Shown: positions 27,212 to 38,800 of the stretch, piece by piece | Layout of the letters: each line of letters starts with the position of its first letter | Position numbering within the stretch: position 1 is the first letter of the stretch | NCBI GenBank assembly: GCA_019658995.1 | Contig: JAIFWN010000003.1 | Coordinates: 2,436-66,435, forward strand | Origin: Candidatus Parcubacteria bacterium | GTDB lineage: Bacteria > Patescibacteriota > Minisyncoccia > Phycocordibacterales > Zambryskibacteraceae | Length of the DNA: 64,000 bases | Direction: 5' to 3' | The notes under the pieces: model-generated | Databases searched by the model: none | Told to the model about the DNA's origin: nothing | Seen by the model: the letters and a program-made list of their open reading frames with translations, nothing else | Position numbers and translations under genes: made by a program

Positions 27212-30200
27212 TTGAAAAAGCACTCTTCTCTGCATCTCATATTCACATTCTTTCTCACGGCGATTCTTATCTACTTGGGCGGATCGCCGCCCGCCGTGAT
27301 GTCCGCCGGAGGAGTGCCATCTATCATAAGTTACCAGGGGCGGCTTGCTGACTCGGCAGGCAACCTCCTCGGCAGCTCATCGGGAACCACATATTTTTTT
27401 GCCTTTTCTATTTGGGATAATGCCACGGTCGGTTCCGGCACGAAGCTCTGGCCTGTGGCCACAACCAGTGTGCCGACGACGGTCAAGTCGGGCGTATTCA
27501 ATGTCAATATTGGTGATACGGCAGGAGGTTATCCGGATACTCTTAACTACACCTTCACCAGCCCTAATATTTTCCTCCAGGTTGATGTGTCATCAAATGG
27601 CACAACCTGGGAAACAGTTTCTCCGCGCCAAAGACTCTCATCGGCTGTATTTGCACAGGTAGCAGAGGCGGTAGTGGGGGCTTCTTCGACCGTAACTACT
27701 CTCACCAATACCAATTTCTACGGTACCTTTGCTACTACGACCAGTGCTACCACTACCAACCTTTTTGCCAATTTTTTAAACAGCGCAACCGTCACAGCTA
27801 GCGGCTTGGGAACATTCGGCAATTTCTTGGCGCTCGGCTCTACGACTCTTCAGAACTTTACTGCACTAAATTCGACAACGACGAATGCCACCACTACGAA
27901 TATTTATGTGAATGGCAAGCTCTACGGAGCCAACCTCACCAACTGCAATAGCAATGCAGACAAACTGCTCTGGGCCAATGGCCTCTTCTCCTGTGGGACA
28001 GATGGAGGCGGAGGTGGATCGGACGTGGATTGGCTCTTCTTCAACAACACCGGAATAAGACTTGGCACTACTACCAACCAGGTCTTGATCGGGTTCAATG
28101 CCACTTCATCTCTGGCTATGCTTGAGCTCAATGTGCAAGCAGGCAAGATACCGCTCTTCATCGGATCGTCGACGGAGTTGTTCAAGATAGACGACTATGG
28201 CCTTGTCTCGGCGAAAAATCTTCTCCTTGACTCTTCAACCACCCTTCAGAACTTCACCTTCGTGAGCGCTACGGGATCACAGGCCACCACTACGAATCTC
28301 TTTACCAACACACTTTTCTCGACTACCGCTTCGTCTACGAATCTCTTTGCCAATACGGCCACCTTCGGCACTCTCGTAGCAGCGAGCTTCAATCCTGCCA
28401 ATATTACGACTGGTAACCTGCTTGTCACTGGCTCATCCACTCTCCAGAATTTCACCTTTATCAACGCCACAGGTTCCCAGGCTACTACCACCAACTTCTT
28501 CTCAACGGGTATCTTCTCAACGATTTTAAATAATTCAGGCCTAGCCACTCTTGGAAATATATTGTCCTCTGGATCATCGACGCTTCAGAACTTCACTTTC
28601 ATTAACGCTACCGGAACTTCCGCTACGACTACCAACTTCTTCTCCATCAATGCTTCGACCACCAACCTCTGGGCTAATGTCATCAGTTCCGGCCTCATTA
28701 ACGGCCAGACTATTACATCCGCTGCTAACTTTACCGGTACTCTAAATGCGACTGGAGGTTTAACAACTCTCTCAAATTTGTTAGTGGCAGGCTCTTCCAC
28801 TCTCCAGAATTTCACCTTTGCTAACGCTACCGGTTCTCAAGCTACGACTACTTACTTCTTCAGTACAAACCTCTTTGGCACGAATGGAAATCTAACAAAC
28901 TTGATATTCAGTCTGGCTACCGGTACCTCTGCCACCACCACTAATTTTTTCAGCACTACCGCCTCTTCTACTAACCTCTTCGCAACCACACTCAATACCG
29001 GTAATATTACCTCCACCGCTCTTGCTACCCTCGCCAATCTCTTAGTATCTGGATCTTCCACTCTCCAAAATTTCACTTTCGTTAACGCCACTGGCTCGCA
29101 AGCCACTACCACGAATCTCTTCTCTGCCAACCTCTTTGGCACTACAGGTTTCCTCACTAACTTACAGCTAAATGGTTCCTCAACTCTCCAAAACTTTACT
29201 TTCTCTAACGCTACCGGCACTTCCGCTACGACTACTAACTTCTTCGCCACCAATGCTTCGACCACCAACTTATGGGCCAACATCATATCTTCGGGTTTGA
29301 TAAACGGCCAAAACATTACAAGTGCCGCTAACTTCACTGGGACTCTCAATGCTACTGGCGGATTGACAACGCTTTCAAACTTGCTTATATCTGGATCTTC
29401 CACTCTCCAGAACTTTACCTTCGTCAACGCCACCGGGACCTCCGCCTCCACTACCAACTTCTTCGCCATCAATGCTTCCACCTCAAACCTCTTCGCCAAC
29501 TCTCTCACAGTAGGGAATATCACTTCAATCCAGGAAACAATCACCAACCTTCTGGCCCTAGGTTCTTCGACCCTGCAGAACTTTACCGGACTTAATTCGA
29601 CCACTACCAATGCCACTACCACCCGTTTAGCCATCATTTCTCTCAACTGCGGGACTTTTACTAACAATGGCAAGCTCACCACTAACGCTGATGGCACGGT
29701 TTCCTGCAGTGATGATATCGCTGCCACACAGGATGTCGATTGGATATTCTTCAACAACACCGGAGTGCGTCTGGCCACGACCACAAACCAAGTTCTCATC
29801 GGTGCAAGCGCCACATCATCTCTAGCCAATCTTGAGATCAGCTTCCAGACAGCAGCTAAGGGCTCACTTCTCACTCTCGGTTCATCGACTCTACAGAATT
29901 TCACCTTCATCACAGCCACCGGCACTGCGGCTACCACTACCAACTTCTTCGGCACTAATATCTTCTCTACGATTCTTAATAACTCGGGTCTGGCGACCCT
30001 GGGAAATTTGCTTGTATTAGGATCCTCAACTCTTCAGGATTTCACTTTCGTTAACGCCACTGGCTCGCAAGCCACTACAACCAGCCTCTTTTCGGCGAAT
30101 GTATTTGGTACGAATGCTAACCTGACAAATCTTATCTTCAGTCTGGCTACCGGCACCAGCGCCACAACTACTAACTTGTTCTCTGGCATATCAAGTTCGA

Positions 30201-33200
30201 CAAATCTCTTCTCTTCAGTTTTGACAGTCGGTAGCAATGCGCTCTTAGTTAACTCAAGCGGCTTTGTAGGCATTGCTACCACTTCGCCATTTGCCAGGCT
30301 TTCGGTAATGCTCAATGCCGGAGATACTAATACCACCGTTTTCGCAATCGGTTCCACCACTGCTACGGGCTTTACAAATCTCTTGAGAGTGGACAATCAA
30401 GGTTCAACTACAGTTAAGACCCTGCGTTTCGACGATACCGGTGCCAACAACCTTTTCTGGACGATACGGGAGGAGTCAGGCAATAACCTGGAAATTTTCT
30501 ATCCCTCGATTCGTCGTGGCGTGTTTGTTAACGCTGGCAATGGAGGCTTTCTCGGAATTGGTACTACCTCAATGCAGGGCTTCTCGTCATTCATCGTTGC
30601 CTCGGCTACCCCGACTATGGAGATTATGGACAACAACGGTCCTGTGGATCTGAAGCACTGGCTCATAAGCGCGGATGCCGGGAAATTCTTCATAGGCAGA
30701 GCGACGGATGACCTTTTATCAACTACCACTTACTTCTTCGTTGACGGCAATATGGGCGGCAATATAGGTCTCAATGAGGCATCACCGAACTTCAGACTCG
30801 AGGCGACAGGTACCAGCGGCAGCGGCTACTTCGGTATTACCAACGCCTCTGACGGCGACGTATTCAGCATTATCTCCACCGGTAATGTGGGAGTCAATGA
30901 TGCCACCCCGGACTTTAAGTTCGAGAGTAACGGCTCGAACGCGAGCGGCTACTTCGGCATCACTAACTCGAGTGATGGAGATATCTTTGCGATAGACGGG
31001 AGCGGAGAAGTGGGCATCGGCATAGTGAATCCGTCATACGCTCTCCATATAGTGGATGATACGAACGAGACGCTCGCCATTGAAACCATTCACACAACCG
31101 GTACATCTCTTGTAATCAAGAACACCAGCGGCGGCGGACACTCCTTTTCTCTCACCAGTACGGGCTCCGACGGCTCGCCAGGCAACTTCGTCATTAGAGA
31201 CAATACGGCGAACTTTACCGGCTTTGATCTTGCCGGAGCCACCGGCAACCTGCAGATTACGCGCGATGCCTACTTCGGCTGGTCATCGAACGCAAGCGAT
31301 GCAAAGGTTGCGGCCGATACTATACTCTCGCGCATCTCTGCCGGGGTTGTTGGCACGGCAAATCTTATACTCTCCGGCAATTCGACCACGTCGCAGGCTA
31401 CTACCACGAACTTCTTCTCGGCAACTATCTTCTCTGATCTTCTAAACAACTCCGGTTTGGCCACACTCGGCAATATGCTTGTTCTCGGCTCGTCCACTCT
31501 CCAGAATTTCACATTCGGCAACGCCACTGGCTCTCAAGCCACCACGACGAACCTTTTCTCGACTAAGGGTAGCTTCACCACTATCTGCTTCACCGGAGAT
31601 GTTTGCCGAACGTCATGGCCATCGACTGGCGGAGGCGGGGGATCAGACACCAATTGGCAATTCTTTAATAATTCTGGCATCCGGCTTGCTACGACTACCA
31701 ACCAGGTTCTCATTGGCGCTTCGGCTACCACATCTCTCGCTAACCTCGAGATCGCCTTCCAGACAGCAGCCGGAGGATCTCTGTATGCTCTTGGCTCCAC
31801 CACCCTTAATAATTTCGCCTTTGCTAACTCAACCGGATCTCAAGCAACTACTACCAACCTATTCTCCACCAATATCTTCAGTACGACAGGAAACGTCTCA
31901 GGCACTCAAACAGCGGGGAATTTGCTCGCCCTCGGATCTTCAACCCTTCAGAACTTCACATTTAGGAACGCTACTGGGAGTGATGCGACTACAACAAATT
32001 TCCGTGTTTCTAATAGAGCAAATATCGTGGATCTCACGGTTGGTAGTATAGAGGGCCTTAATTCAGCATCCTTTAATGTTACAGATGATGCCTCGGGTAT
32101 ATTCGAAGTCAATTCAGCGTCAGTAGGAGATGTATTCACTGTGAATGATTTTGGAACCCCCTATTTTTCAAGGAATCTCGGACTTGGCACATCGACGCCG
32201 TCTGCCAACCTGACGATACAGGATCCCAATCCAGAAATAAATTTCTATGAAAGTAATAACTTCGCCAAAACCAGGCTGGTTCAGCTTGGCGATTCGGAAT
32301 TCGATATCGTTATGTATGACGGTTCGGGTGTTGTCACAAACGCTCTCAATATGAATTTCAACGGCGAAAACGAATACCTTTCCGGTATGTCTGGAACACT
32401 CGGCAGCAATGCAAGCGCTCGGCATGTGTTCTACATCTCACAAAGTGAAGTTGGGGGATTCGATTACAGAGGACTTTTCTCTATTGGTAGTACTAAAACA
32501 AGCGGTGGAACAGCTGTGGCGGCACTCGATGTGACTGGAAACGGTTACATAAGCGGCAAGCTAGGAGTAGGTACAACTACTCCGTATGCAGGCCTCCAAA
32601 TAGCCACATCTACAAGGCCGCAACTCATACTTACGGATATTCTGGCCGGACCTAATGTCAAACATTTCTATGCATCTTCTACGAACGGCCGTCTTGCCAT
32701 AGGCAATCTAAGCGATAATCTCGGATCCTTTACCGATATCATGGACTTGAGCTCGACAGCGATAAACTTCACGCTTGGCAGCGAGGAAAATAAAAGTTTC
32801 AATATCAAAGATGGCCCCGGGCTAACCACTCTCTTTTCGGTTGATAACGATACCAAGACAGTGGGTATCGGGACCACTACGCCCGGAGCTAAATTAGAAG
32901 TGGCCAAAACCTCTTCTGGAGCTACCTCAGATGCTCTCTTCCTTTCCAACCAGGCCTCCGCAACCAATACAGCTACCCGCCTCTCCTTCAGAGCCCAGGA
33001 TATAAAGAATATTGCTACCACTACAGCTTCAATCGTCGGTTTATTGGGTAAGAATTTCGATCAAGCTACCTCAACCCTGATCTTCTCCACACAAAATGCC
33101 GGCACCCTCACCGAGCAAATGCGATTAACTGACACAGGCCTCCTGCTGATCGGATCAACTACACTGCAAAATTTTACATTCAGAAATGCTACCGGCACCT

Positions 33201-35455
33201 CGGCTACAACCACCAACTTCTTCGCTACGAACGCTTCAACCACTAACTTTTTCGCTAACGTAATAAGTTCAGGTCTTATCAATGGCCAGACAATATCAAG
33301 CGCTGCGAACTTCACAGGCACTCTCAATGTCACAAGCGGTCAGACAACCGTATCAAATCTTTTGGCGACGGGATCCAGCACCCTCCAGAACTTCACTTTT
33401 GTTAATGCTACTGGCACTTCGGCTACAACCACCAACTTCTTCGCTACAAATGCTTCCACGACTAACCTCTTCTACGCCAACGCTGTCGGAGGAGCGGAGA
33501 CCCTGAGTGGATTGCTGACGGCTGCCAATATCCGATCGAACGGCTCGTCCACCCTCCAGAACTTCACATTTGTAAATGCGACGGGTTCCCAGGCTACGAC
33601 TACAAATTTGTTCTCAACTAACTTATTTGGCACGACAGGCAACTTCTCTGGTCTCTTAACTCTCGGAAATCTTTTGCTCACAGGCTCTTCGACCTTCCTG
33701 AATCTAACTTTTGTTAATGCTACCGGCACTTCCGCCACAACTACAAATCTCTTTGCCACCACGCTCTTCTCAACCACTCATAACAACTCGGGTCTGATCA
33801 CTACAGGCAATCTCCTGGCATCAGGCTCTTCAACTTTGCAGAGTTTTACAGCAATTAATTCGACAACATCACAGGCTACCTCGACCAATTTCTTCTCAAC
33901 GAATATCTTCGGCACAACAGGAAATATTTCTGGACTCTCGACTTTCGGCAATCTCCTTGTGTCCGGGTCGAGCACGCTTCAAAACCTCACCTTCTCCAAT
34001 GCGACGGGCTCGCAAGCTACCACAACAAATATCTTCTCCACTAACATCTTCGGCACGACTGGAAATGTTTCCGGTCTGGCTACTTTGGGTAACCTCCTCG
34101 TCTCCGGCTCCTCCACTCTTCAGAACTTCACTTTCGTTAATGCTACCGGCACTTCCGCTACAACAACAAACTTCTTCGCTACGAATGCTTCTACTACCAA
34201 TCTCTTCTTCACGACCAGCAGGGGAGGATCGGAGACCCTCACTGCCACTCTCACCGCCAATAATCTTCTTGCTAACGCTTCTTCCACTCTCCAAAACTTC
34301 ACATTTGTTAACGCCACAGGCTCACAAGCGACGACAACGAATCTGTTTGCAACCAATCTTTTTGGCACTACGGGAAATATATCGGGTACGCAGACAGTGG
34401 GGAATTTACTCTCGCTAGGCTCATCAACCTTACAAAACTTCACATTCTCTAACGCCACAGGCACTTCAGCGACCACAACCAACTTCTTTGCTACCAATGC
34501 TTCGACCACAAACTTCTGGGCAAACGTTATATCTTCTGGTCTTATCAATGGCCAAACCATTACCTCTGCAGCCAACTTCACCGGAACTCTTAATGTTACA
34601 AGCGGACAAACTACACTCTCAAATCTTCTTGTTACTGGGTCTTCAACCCTCCAGAACTTCACCTTCATAAACGCGACGGGTTCCCAGGCTACTACAACAA
34701 ATTTATTTGCCACAACTCTATTCTCAACAACACACAATAATTCGGGTCTTGGTATATTTGGCAATATTCTGTCCCTTGGCTCATCTACTCTTCAGAATTT
34801 CACGTTTGCTAATGCTACCGGTTCCCAGGCGACAACAACCAGTCTTTTTGCGACGAAAGCAGACTTTACAACTCTATGTATAGCTCAGGATTGTAAAACA
34901 GCCTGGCCTACGTCCGGAGGAGCTTCCACTGATAAGTTTGCAACTTCAACAAACGGATTGGCAATTTATCCGAACAGCGCCGCGGCAGTAGTGATAGGCG
35001 GCAGTGCCACAACCACAACCGGAGCAGAGCTCGAAGTACTCGGGGATATCTATGTTTCTGGTTCCTCAACCCTTCAGAACTTTACCTTCATAAACGCCAC
35101 AGGAACTTCAGCGACCACTACTAATTTATTTAGTACTACGGCTTCTTCTACAAACCTCTTCGCTACTGCTATCCAAGCCGGTACGGCCACATTCAATAAT
35201 ATTCTTGGGAACAGCTCCTCCACTCTCCAAAACTTCACCTTCGTCAACGCTACGGGTACATCGGCCACCACCACCAATTTCTTCGCTACCAACGCCTCTA
35301 CTACCAACTTCTTCTTTACCACATCGAACGGCGGCAACGAGACCCTTACTGCTCGAACTTCACATTCATCAACGCCACTGGCTCCCAGGCTACGACCAGT
35401 AACCTATTCAGTACGAATATATTTGGTACCACCGGCAATTTGTCTGGACTCCTGA
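27212..35455 (+). CDS. Giant repeat-rich surface protein, N-terminal segment (2747 aa), most likely one gene with 35440..41061
   Basis: TTG start. N-terminal hydrophobic helix (LHLIFTFFLTAILIYLGG). Then dozens of diverged ~40-45-aa repeats (GSSTLQNFTFxNATG[ST]xATTTN[LF]F[AS]T) and three Cys-pair/DVDWxFFNNTGxRLxTTTNQVLIG modules. Ends in frame-shifted repeat sequence. Confidence 0.7.
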   Translation: MKKHSSLHLIFTFFLTAILIYLGGSPPAVMSAGGVPSIISYQGRLADSAGNLLGSSSGTTYFFAFSIWDNATVGSGTKLWPVATTSVPTTVKSGVFNVNIGDTAGGYPDTLNYTFTSPNIFLQVDVSSNGTTWETVSPRQRLSSAVFAQVAEAVVGASSTVTTLTNTNFYGTFATTTSATTTNLFANFLNSATVTASGLGTFGNFLALGSTTLQNFTALNSTTTNATTTNIYVNGKLYGANLTNCNSNADKLLWANGLFSCGTDGGGGGSDVDWLFFNNTGIRLGTTTNQVLIGFNATSSLAMLELNVQAGKIPLFIGSSTELFKIDDYGLVSAKNLLLDSSTTLQNFTFVSATGSQATTTNLFTNTLFSTTASSTNLFANTATFGTLVAASFNPANITTGNLLVTGSSTLQNFTFINATGSQATTTNFFSTGIFSTILNNSGLATLGNILSSGSSTLQNFTFINATGTSATTTNFFSINASTTNLWANVISSGLINGQTITSAANFTGTLNATGGLTTLSNLLVAGSSTLQNFTFANATGSQATTTYFFSTNLFGTNGNLTNLIFSLATGTSATTTNFFSTTASSTNLFATTLNTGNITSTALATLANLLVSGSSTLQNFTFVNATGSQATTTNLFSANLFGTTGFLTNLQLNGSSTLQNFTFSNATGTSATTTNFFATNASTTNLWANIISSGLINGQNITSAANFTGTLNATGGLTTLSNLLISGSSTLQNFTFVNATGTSASTTNFFAINASTSNLFANSLTVGNITSIQETITNLLALGSSTLQNFTGLNSTTTNATTTRLAIISLNCGTFTNNGKLTTNADGTVSCSDDIAATQDVDWIFFNNTGVRLATTTNQVLIGASATSSLANLEISFQTAAKGSLLTLGSSTLQNFTFITATGTAATTTNFFGTNIFSTILNNSGLATLGNLLVLGSSTLQDFTFVNATGSQATTTSLFSANVFGTNANLTNLIFSLATGTSATTTNLFSGISSSTNLFSSVLTVGSNALLVNSSGFVGIATTSPFARLSVMLNAGDTNTTVFAIGSTTATGFTNLLRVDNQGSTTVKTLRFDDTGANNLFWTIREESGNNLEIFYPSIRRGVFVNAGNGGFLGIGTTSMQGFSSFIVASATPTMEIMDNNGPVDLKHWLISADAGKFFIGRATDDLLSTTTYFFVDGNMGGNIGLNEASPNFRLEATGTSGSGYFGITNASDGDVFSIISTGNVGVNDATPDFKFESNGSNASGYFGITNSSDGDIFAIDGSGEVGIGIVNPSYALHIVDDTNETLAIETIHTTGTSLVIKNTSGGGHSFSLTSTGSDGSPGNFVIRDNTANFTGFDLAGATGNLQITRDAYFGWSSNASDAKVAADTILSRISAGVVGTANLILSGNSTTSQATTTNFFSATIFSDLLNNSGLATLGNMLVLGSSTLQNFTFGNATGSQATTTNLFSTKGSFTTICFTGDVCRTSWPSTGGGGGSDTNWQFFNNSGIRLATTTNQVLIGASATTSLANLEIAFQTAAGGSLYALGSTTLNNFAFANSTGSQATTTNLFSTNIFSTTGNVSGTQTAGNLLALGSSTLQNFTFRNATGSDATTTNFRVSNRANIVDLTVGSIEGLNSASFNVTDDASGIFEVNSASVGDVFTVNDFGTPYFSRNLGLGTSTPSANLTIQDPNPEINFYESNNFAKTRLVQLGDSEFDIVMYDGSGVVTNALNMNFNGENEYLSGMSGTLGSNASARHVFYISQSEVGGFDYRGLFSIGSTKTSGGTAVAALDVTGNGYISGKLGVGTTTPYAGLQIATSTRPQLILTDILAGPNVKHFYASSTNGRLAIGNLSDNLGSFTDIMDLSSTAINFTLGSEENKSFNIKDGPGLTTLFSVDNDTKTVGIGTTTPGAKLEVAKTSSGATSDALFLSNQASATNTATRLSFRAQDIKNIATTTASIVGLLGKNFDQATSTLIFSTQNAGTLTEQMRLTDTGLLLIGSTTLQNFTFRNATGTSATTTNFFATNASTTNFFANVISSGLINGQTISSAANFTGTLNVTSGQTTVSNLLATGSSTLQNFTFVNATGTSATTTNFFATNASTTNLFYANAVGGAETLSGLLTAANIRSNGSSTLQNFTFVNATGSQATTTNLFSTNLFGTTGNFSGLLTLGNLLLTGSSTFLNLTFVNATGTSATTTNLFATTLFSTTHNNSGLITTGNLLASGSSTLQSFTAINSTTSQATSTNFFSTNIFGTTGNISGLSTFGNLLVSGSSTLQNLTFSNATGSQATTTNIFSTNIFGTTGNVSGLATLGNLLVSGSSTLQNFTFVNATGTSATTTNFFATNASTTNLFFTTSRGGSETLTATLTANNLLANASSTLQNFTFVNATGSQATTTNLFATNLFGTTGNISGTQTVGNLLSLGSSTLQNFTFSNATGTSATTTNFFATNASTTNFWANVISSGLINGQTITSAANFTGTLNVTSGQTTLSNLLVTGSSTLQNFTFINATGSQATTTNLFATTLFSTTHNNSGLGIFGNILSLGSSTLQNFTFANATGSQATTTSLFATKADFTTLCIAQDCKTAWPTSGGASTDKFATSTNGLAIYPNSAAAVVIGGSATTTTGAELEVLGDIYVSGSSTLQNFTFINATGTSATTTNLFSTTASSTNLFATAIQAGTATFNNILGNSSSTLQNFTFVNATGTSATTTNFFATNASTTNFFFTTSNGGNETLTARTSHSSTPLAPRLRPVTYSVRIYLVPPAICLDS

Positions 35456-35800
35456 CTCTCGGCAATCTTTTGCTTACTGGTTCCTCCACTCTCCAAAACT
35501 TCACCTTCGTTAATGCTACCGGTACTTCCGCTACAACAACAAACTTCTTCGCTACAAATGCTTCCACAACCAATCTCTTTGCCACAGCTATACAAGCCGG
35601 TACCGCAACGTTTAACACCATTCTCGCCAATGCTTCCTCCACTCTCCAAAACTTCACCTTCGTCAACGCTACGGGTACATCGGCCACCACCACCAATTTC
35701 TTCGCTACCAACGCCTCTACTACCAACTTCTTCTTTACCACATCGAACGGCGGCAACGAGACCCTTACTGCTCGTACCAATGCCACAACCACAGGGACTC
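27660..35800 (+). repeat. Coding tandem repeat array, about 135-bp (45-codon) diverged units
   Basis: Recurrent GGNTCNTCNACNCTNCAGAAYTTCACNTTC cores at irregular ~120-140 bp spacing. Units differ at DNA level except one exact 140-bp duplicate. Confidence 0.8.
35216..35774 (+). repeat. Exact 140-bp direct duplication (35216..35355 and 35635..35774), 419-bp period, spanning the ORF break
   Basis: The two blocks match at every base by line-by-line comparison. The 419-nt period makes the copies fall in different frames. Confidence 0.9.
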
Positions 35801-38800
35801 TCAATGTGAACGGGCTCCAGTTTGCGGACAACGGAGCCAACAACCGATACTGGACGATCACCGAAGATGCAGGCAATAATCTTCAGATTTCCTACCCTGT
35901 AGCTACCGATGTCCGTATCAATCAGAACTTCCTGGTCAGTGGCTCTACCACTCTTCAGAATTTCACATCGCTCAACGCTACCACTGCTCAGGCCACTACT
36001 ACAGCCCTGGCTATAAGCAGTCTTAATTGTTCTTCGGGCGCACAGCTCCTCCAGACAAACTCATCAGGCAGCGTAATCTGCGGTACGGACGATGGCGGTG
36101 CCGGCAGTACGCCTGGGGGTAATGCCGGAGCAGTACAGTTCAACGACGGTGCAAGCGGCTTCACCGGCAACGAAAACTATCTGTTCTTCAGTAATGCCAA
36201 TAAACTCTTTGGTATCGGAAGCTCCACTCCGACTGCTATTTTATCGGCGTCGAGTACGACTGCGCTGCTTCCGGTAGCAATCTTTGATCAGCGCAGTACG
36301 GGAGGGCTTCTTACTCTCCAGCGTTCGGGAGTGGACAAGTTCACAGTCAGTAACGACGGCGGACTCAATATTTATGGCGCAACTTCCGATTCTGTCAAAA
36401 CCACTACGGGCACCGGCAAATCATCTGACTTCGACTTTACCGGTTCCACTATCGCAACCGCCAGCACTACCGCAACAAACGGTTATGTGACTATCATTGA
36501 CGGCACGATCTCCGGAGACGGTATAGTTTCCGCAACCACTACTACGACCGGTACGGTCATAGGAAACGGCGCCCAGGTTATCATTCGCTCCGACGGGCAA
36601 TATGTGATTATCCAAGGAGGTGGTACGGCAACAGCTTCTATCTGGGACGGATTCAAGAGTGGTTCCGGTGCAGCAAGCATGGCAACCACTACCATCGCTA
36701 CCGGCGGTACGGTTAACACAGGCGCTATAGCTGTCAAGCGCCCAGACGGCAGATATGTCATCTTCCACGGAGGTGCCGCTAACTTGAGTTCGATATTTGA
36801 TCCTTACAACATAACAGCAGCGGTAGCCGGTCCGCCTCCGGGAGGAGCTTGTACGACCGGTACTAACGCATTTCTGCGTCCCGACGGCAAGTATGTAGTC
36901 ATATGCGGAGGAACTACGGGATGGGGAGTATATGATCCGTCTCAGGCTCCTCCGGGCTCACTTACTGCCGGTACCGCCATAGGCGGCAACTGGGGGGCTG
37001 GCGCACACGCACTCTCAAGAGATGACGGAACCTTCCTTGTTTATCAGGGAGGTGGATCCAATACCTTTATTTACAATCCGTTCACCAATACCATGACAGC
37101 GGGTCCTACTGCGCCCGCCGCTATTGCCGCCGGTGCTTTATCTGTTCGGAGGCAGGACGGCACATTCCTTACTCTTCCGGGAGCGGCCAATACTTCCTAT
37201 TCCTATAATCCGGTAAGCACTACAACGCCGAACGGGCAGGGAGCCTTCGTTACCAATTTCGGAGTCGGACCTTCATCATCACTCTCTGACGGCTCGACAA
37301 TACTCTGGAGACAAGACGGGAAGTACACTCTGATTACCGCCAATACTACCGTGTTAAACGTGGTAGATCCCGGTTCCGGATCTATTGTTCCTAAGTTTAC
37401 CAATCCGGGCGCACCCCTAGCTCTTTCCGGGAATGCCGGAGCGGGTATCACTGCCTTTATGCTGCCGAACGGCAGGTACGCCATACTGCGCGGCGGCGGC
37501 CAAGCCATTGATACTTACGACATGAACTTCGCTACCGGTTTATCGAGCGGCAATGTTCAAAATTCATACTACGAAAGCGAATGTATAGATAACACCAATT
37601 TGTCCTTGGACTCGACTCTGAACTGGAACAAAAATGACGAAGGCACTATCTCGGCCCAAATAAGAACTGTAACCAGTCCTCAGGACTGCTCGACGGCGAC
37701 ATACCGCACCATACAATCTAGCGGCAGTCTCATTGGTGCCACCACTACGGCCAACAACAGGGTCCAGTTCAAATTCTTCTTCCAGCGCGAACTTCCGAGA
37801 TTCCTCGACCAGGAGTGGGGTGTGCGTAAGACCGCGCAGACCAGATACCGCCGCGTCAACGCCGACCCGGTCCTCTATGATGTAACGGTAGACAACTCCA
37901 CATCACTCCATAGAACGCAGTTCGACTTTGGCAATGCCGTATCCTCTACTACGGCACCATCTTCAGGACCGGTAGCGGTTAACATTACCAATGACACAAA
38001 CCGCAACAACGCCTTAGCTCTGGCTGCAGGCGTCGGCTACGGCACTACCATTAACACTGCGAATAACGGCTATTACAACGGAGCTTTTGGCTTTGCCCAG
38101 CCGCTTTCAACACCGACAGCATCCACCACCGTGGTAATGAAGCGCCCCGATGGCAAGTTCACTATCATTGCCGGTAACAATACGATCAACTCCAATGTTT
38201 ATGACCCGGCACTGGCTACCTCTACTGCCGCCACTGCCGCAGCCAATAAACCTACGGTACAAATAGGCAATGGCGCATTGGCCTTCAAGCGTCCCGATGG
38301 CAAGTTCCTGATAGTCATGGGTAACACGAGCAGTACCACGGTCTCCTCCGTTGGTGCTACTACTACGAACATTTATGATCCGGTTACCGACACGTACGTT
38401 GCCGGACCGAATCTGGCAACCGGCGGAAGCAGTAACGGTGCCGGTGCCGGCGCGGCTGTCATTCCTCTCCCTAGCGGCAGGGTACTCATCATTCATGGCA
38501 ATGCTACCAACGCTACTTCTGTATATGATCCGGTACAGAACACCATGACTGCCGGACCGAATCCTACGGCTGTAGTAGGTTACGGTTCAATAGTGATTCC
38601 TCGTCCTAACGGCCAGTATATGTTCATACCCGGTATGGTCTCGCTTACCTCTTGTACGGTGAACACCACAGTTAACCTCTTCGATCCATATGCCATGGTG
38701 TTTACTACAAATGCTGGTGTGGCTAATGCAGGCGGCACAGGACCGGGAGCCTTTGCATTACAAAGGAGTGACGGCACATGGCTCATAGTTCGTGGAGGTG

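Noticed and set aside
27660-35800. Possible CRISPR array, suggested by the many regularly spaced repeats.
   Set aside because: The repeats are degenerate at the nucleotide level, irregularly spaced and in a continuous open reading frame. They are not identical direct repeats separated by unique spacers, and no cas genes are present.
28246-35876. Many long minus-strand ORFs inside the giant gene (e.g. 28852..29955, 34120..34764, 35346..35876) encoding KLVVVAEVPVALTKVKFWRVEEP-type repeats.
   Set aside because: They are the antisense reading of the sense-strand repeat array (GSSTLQNFTF ... read backwards). Their periodicity mirrors the plus-strand repeats, and they have no independent start or RBS context.
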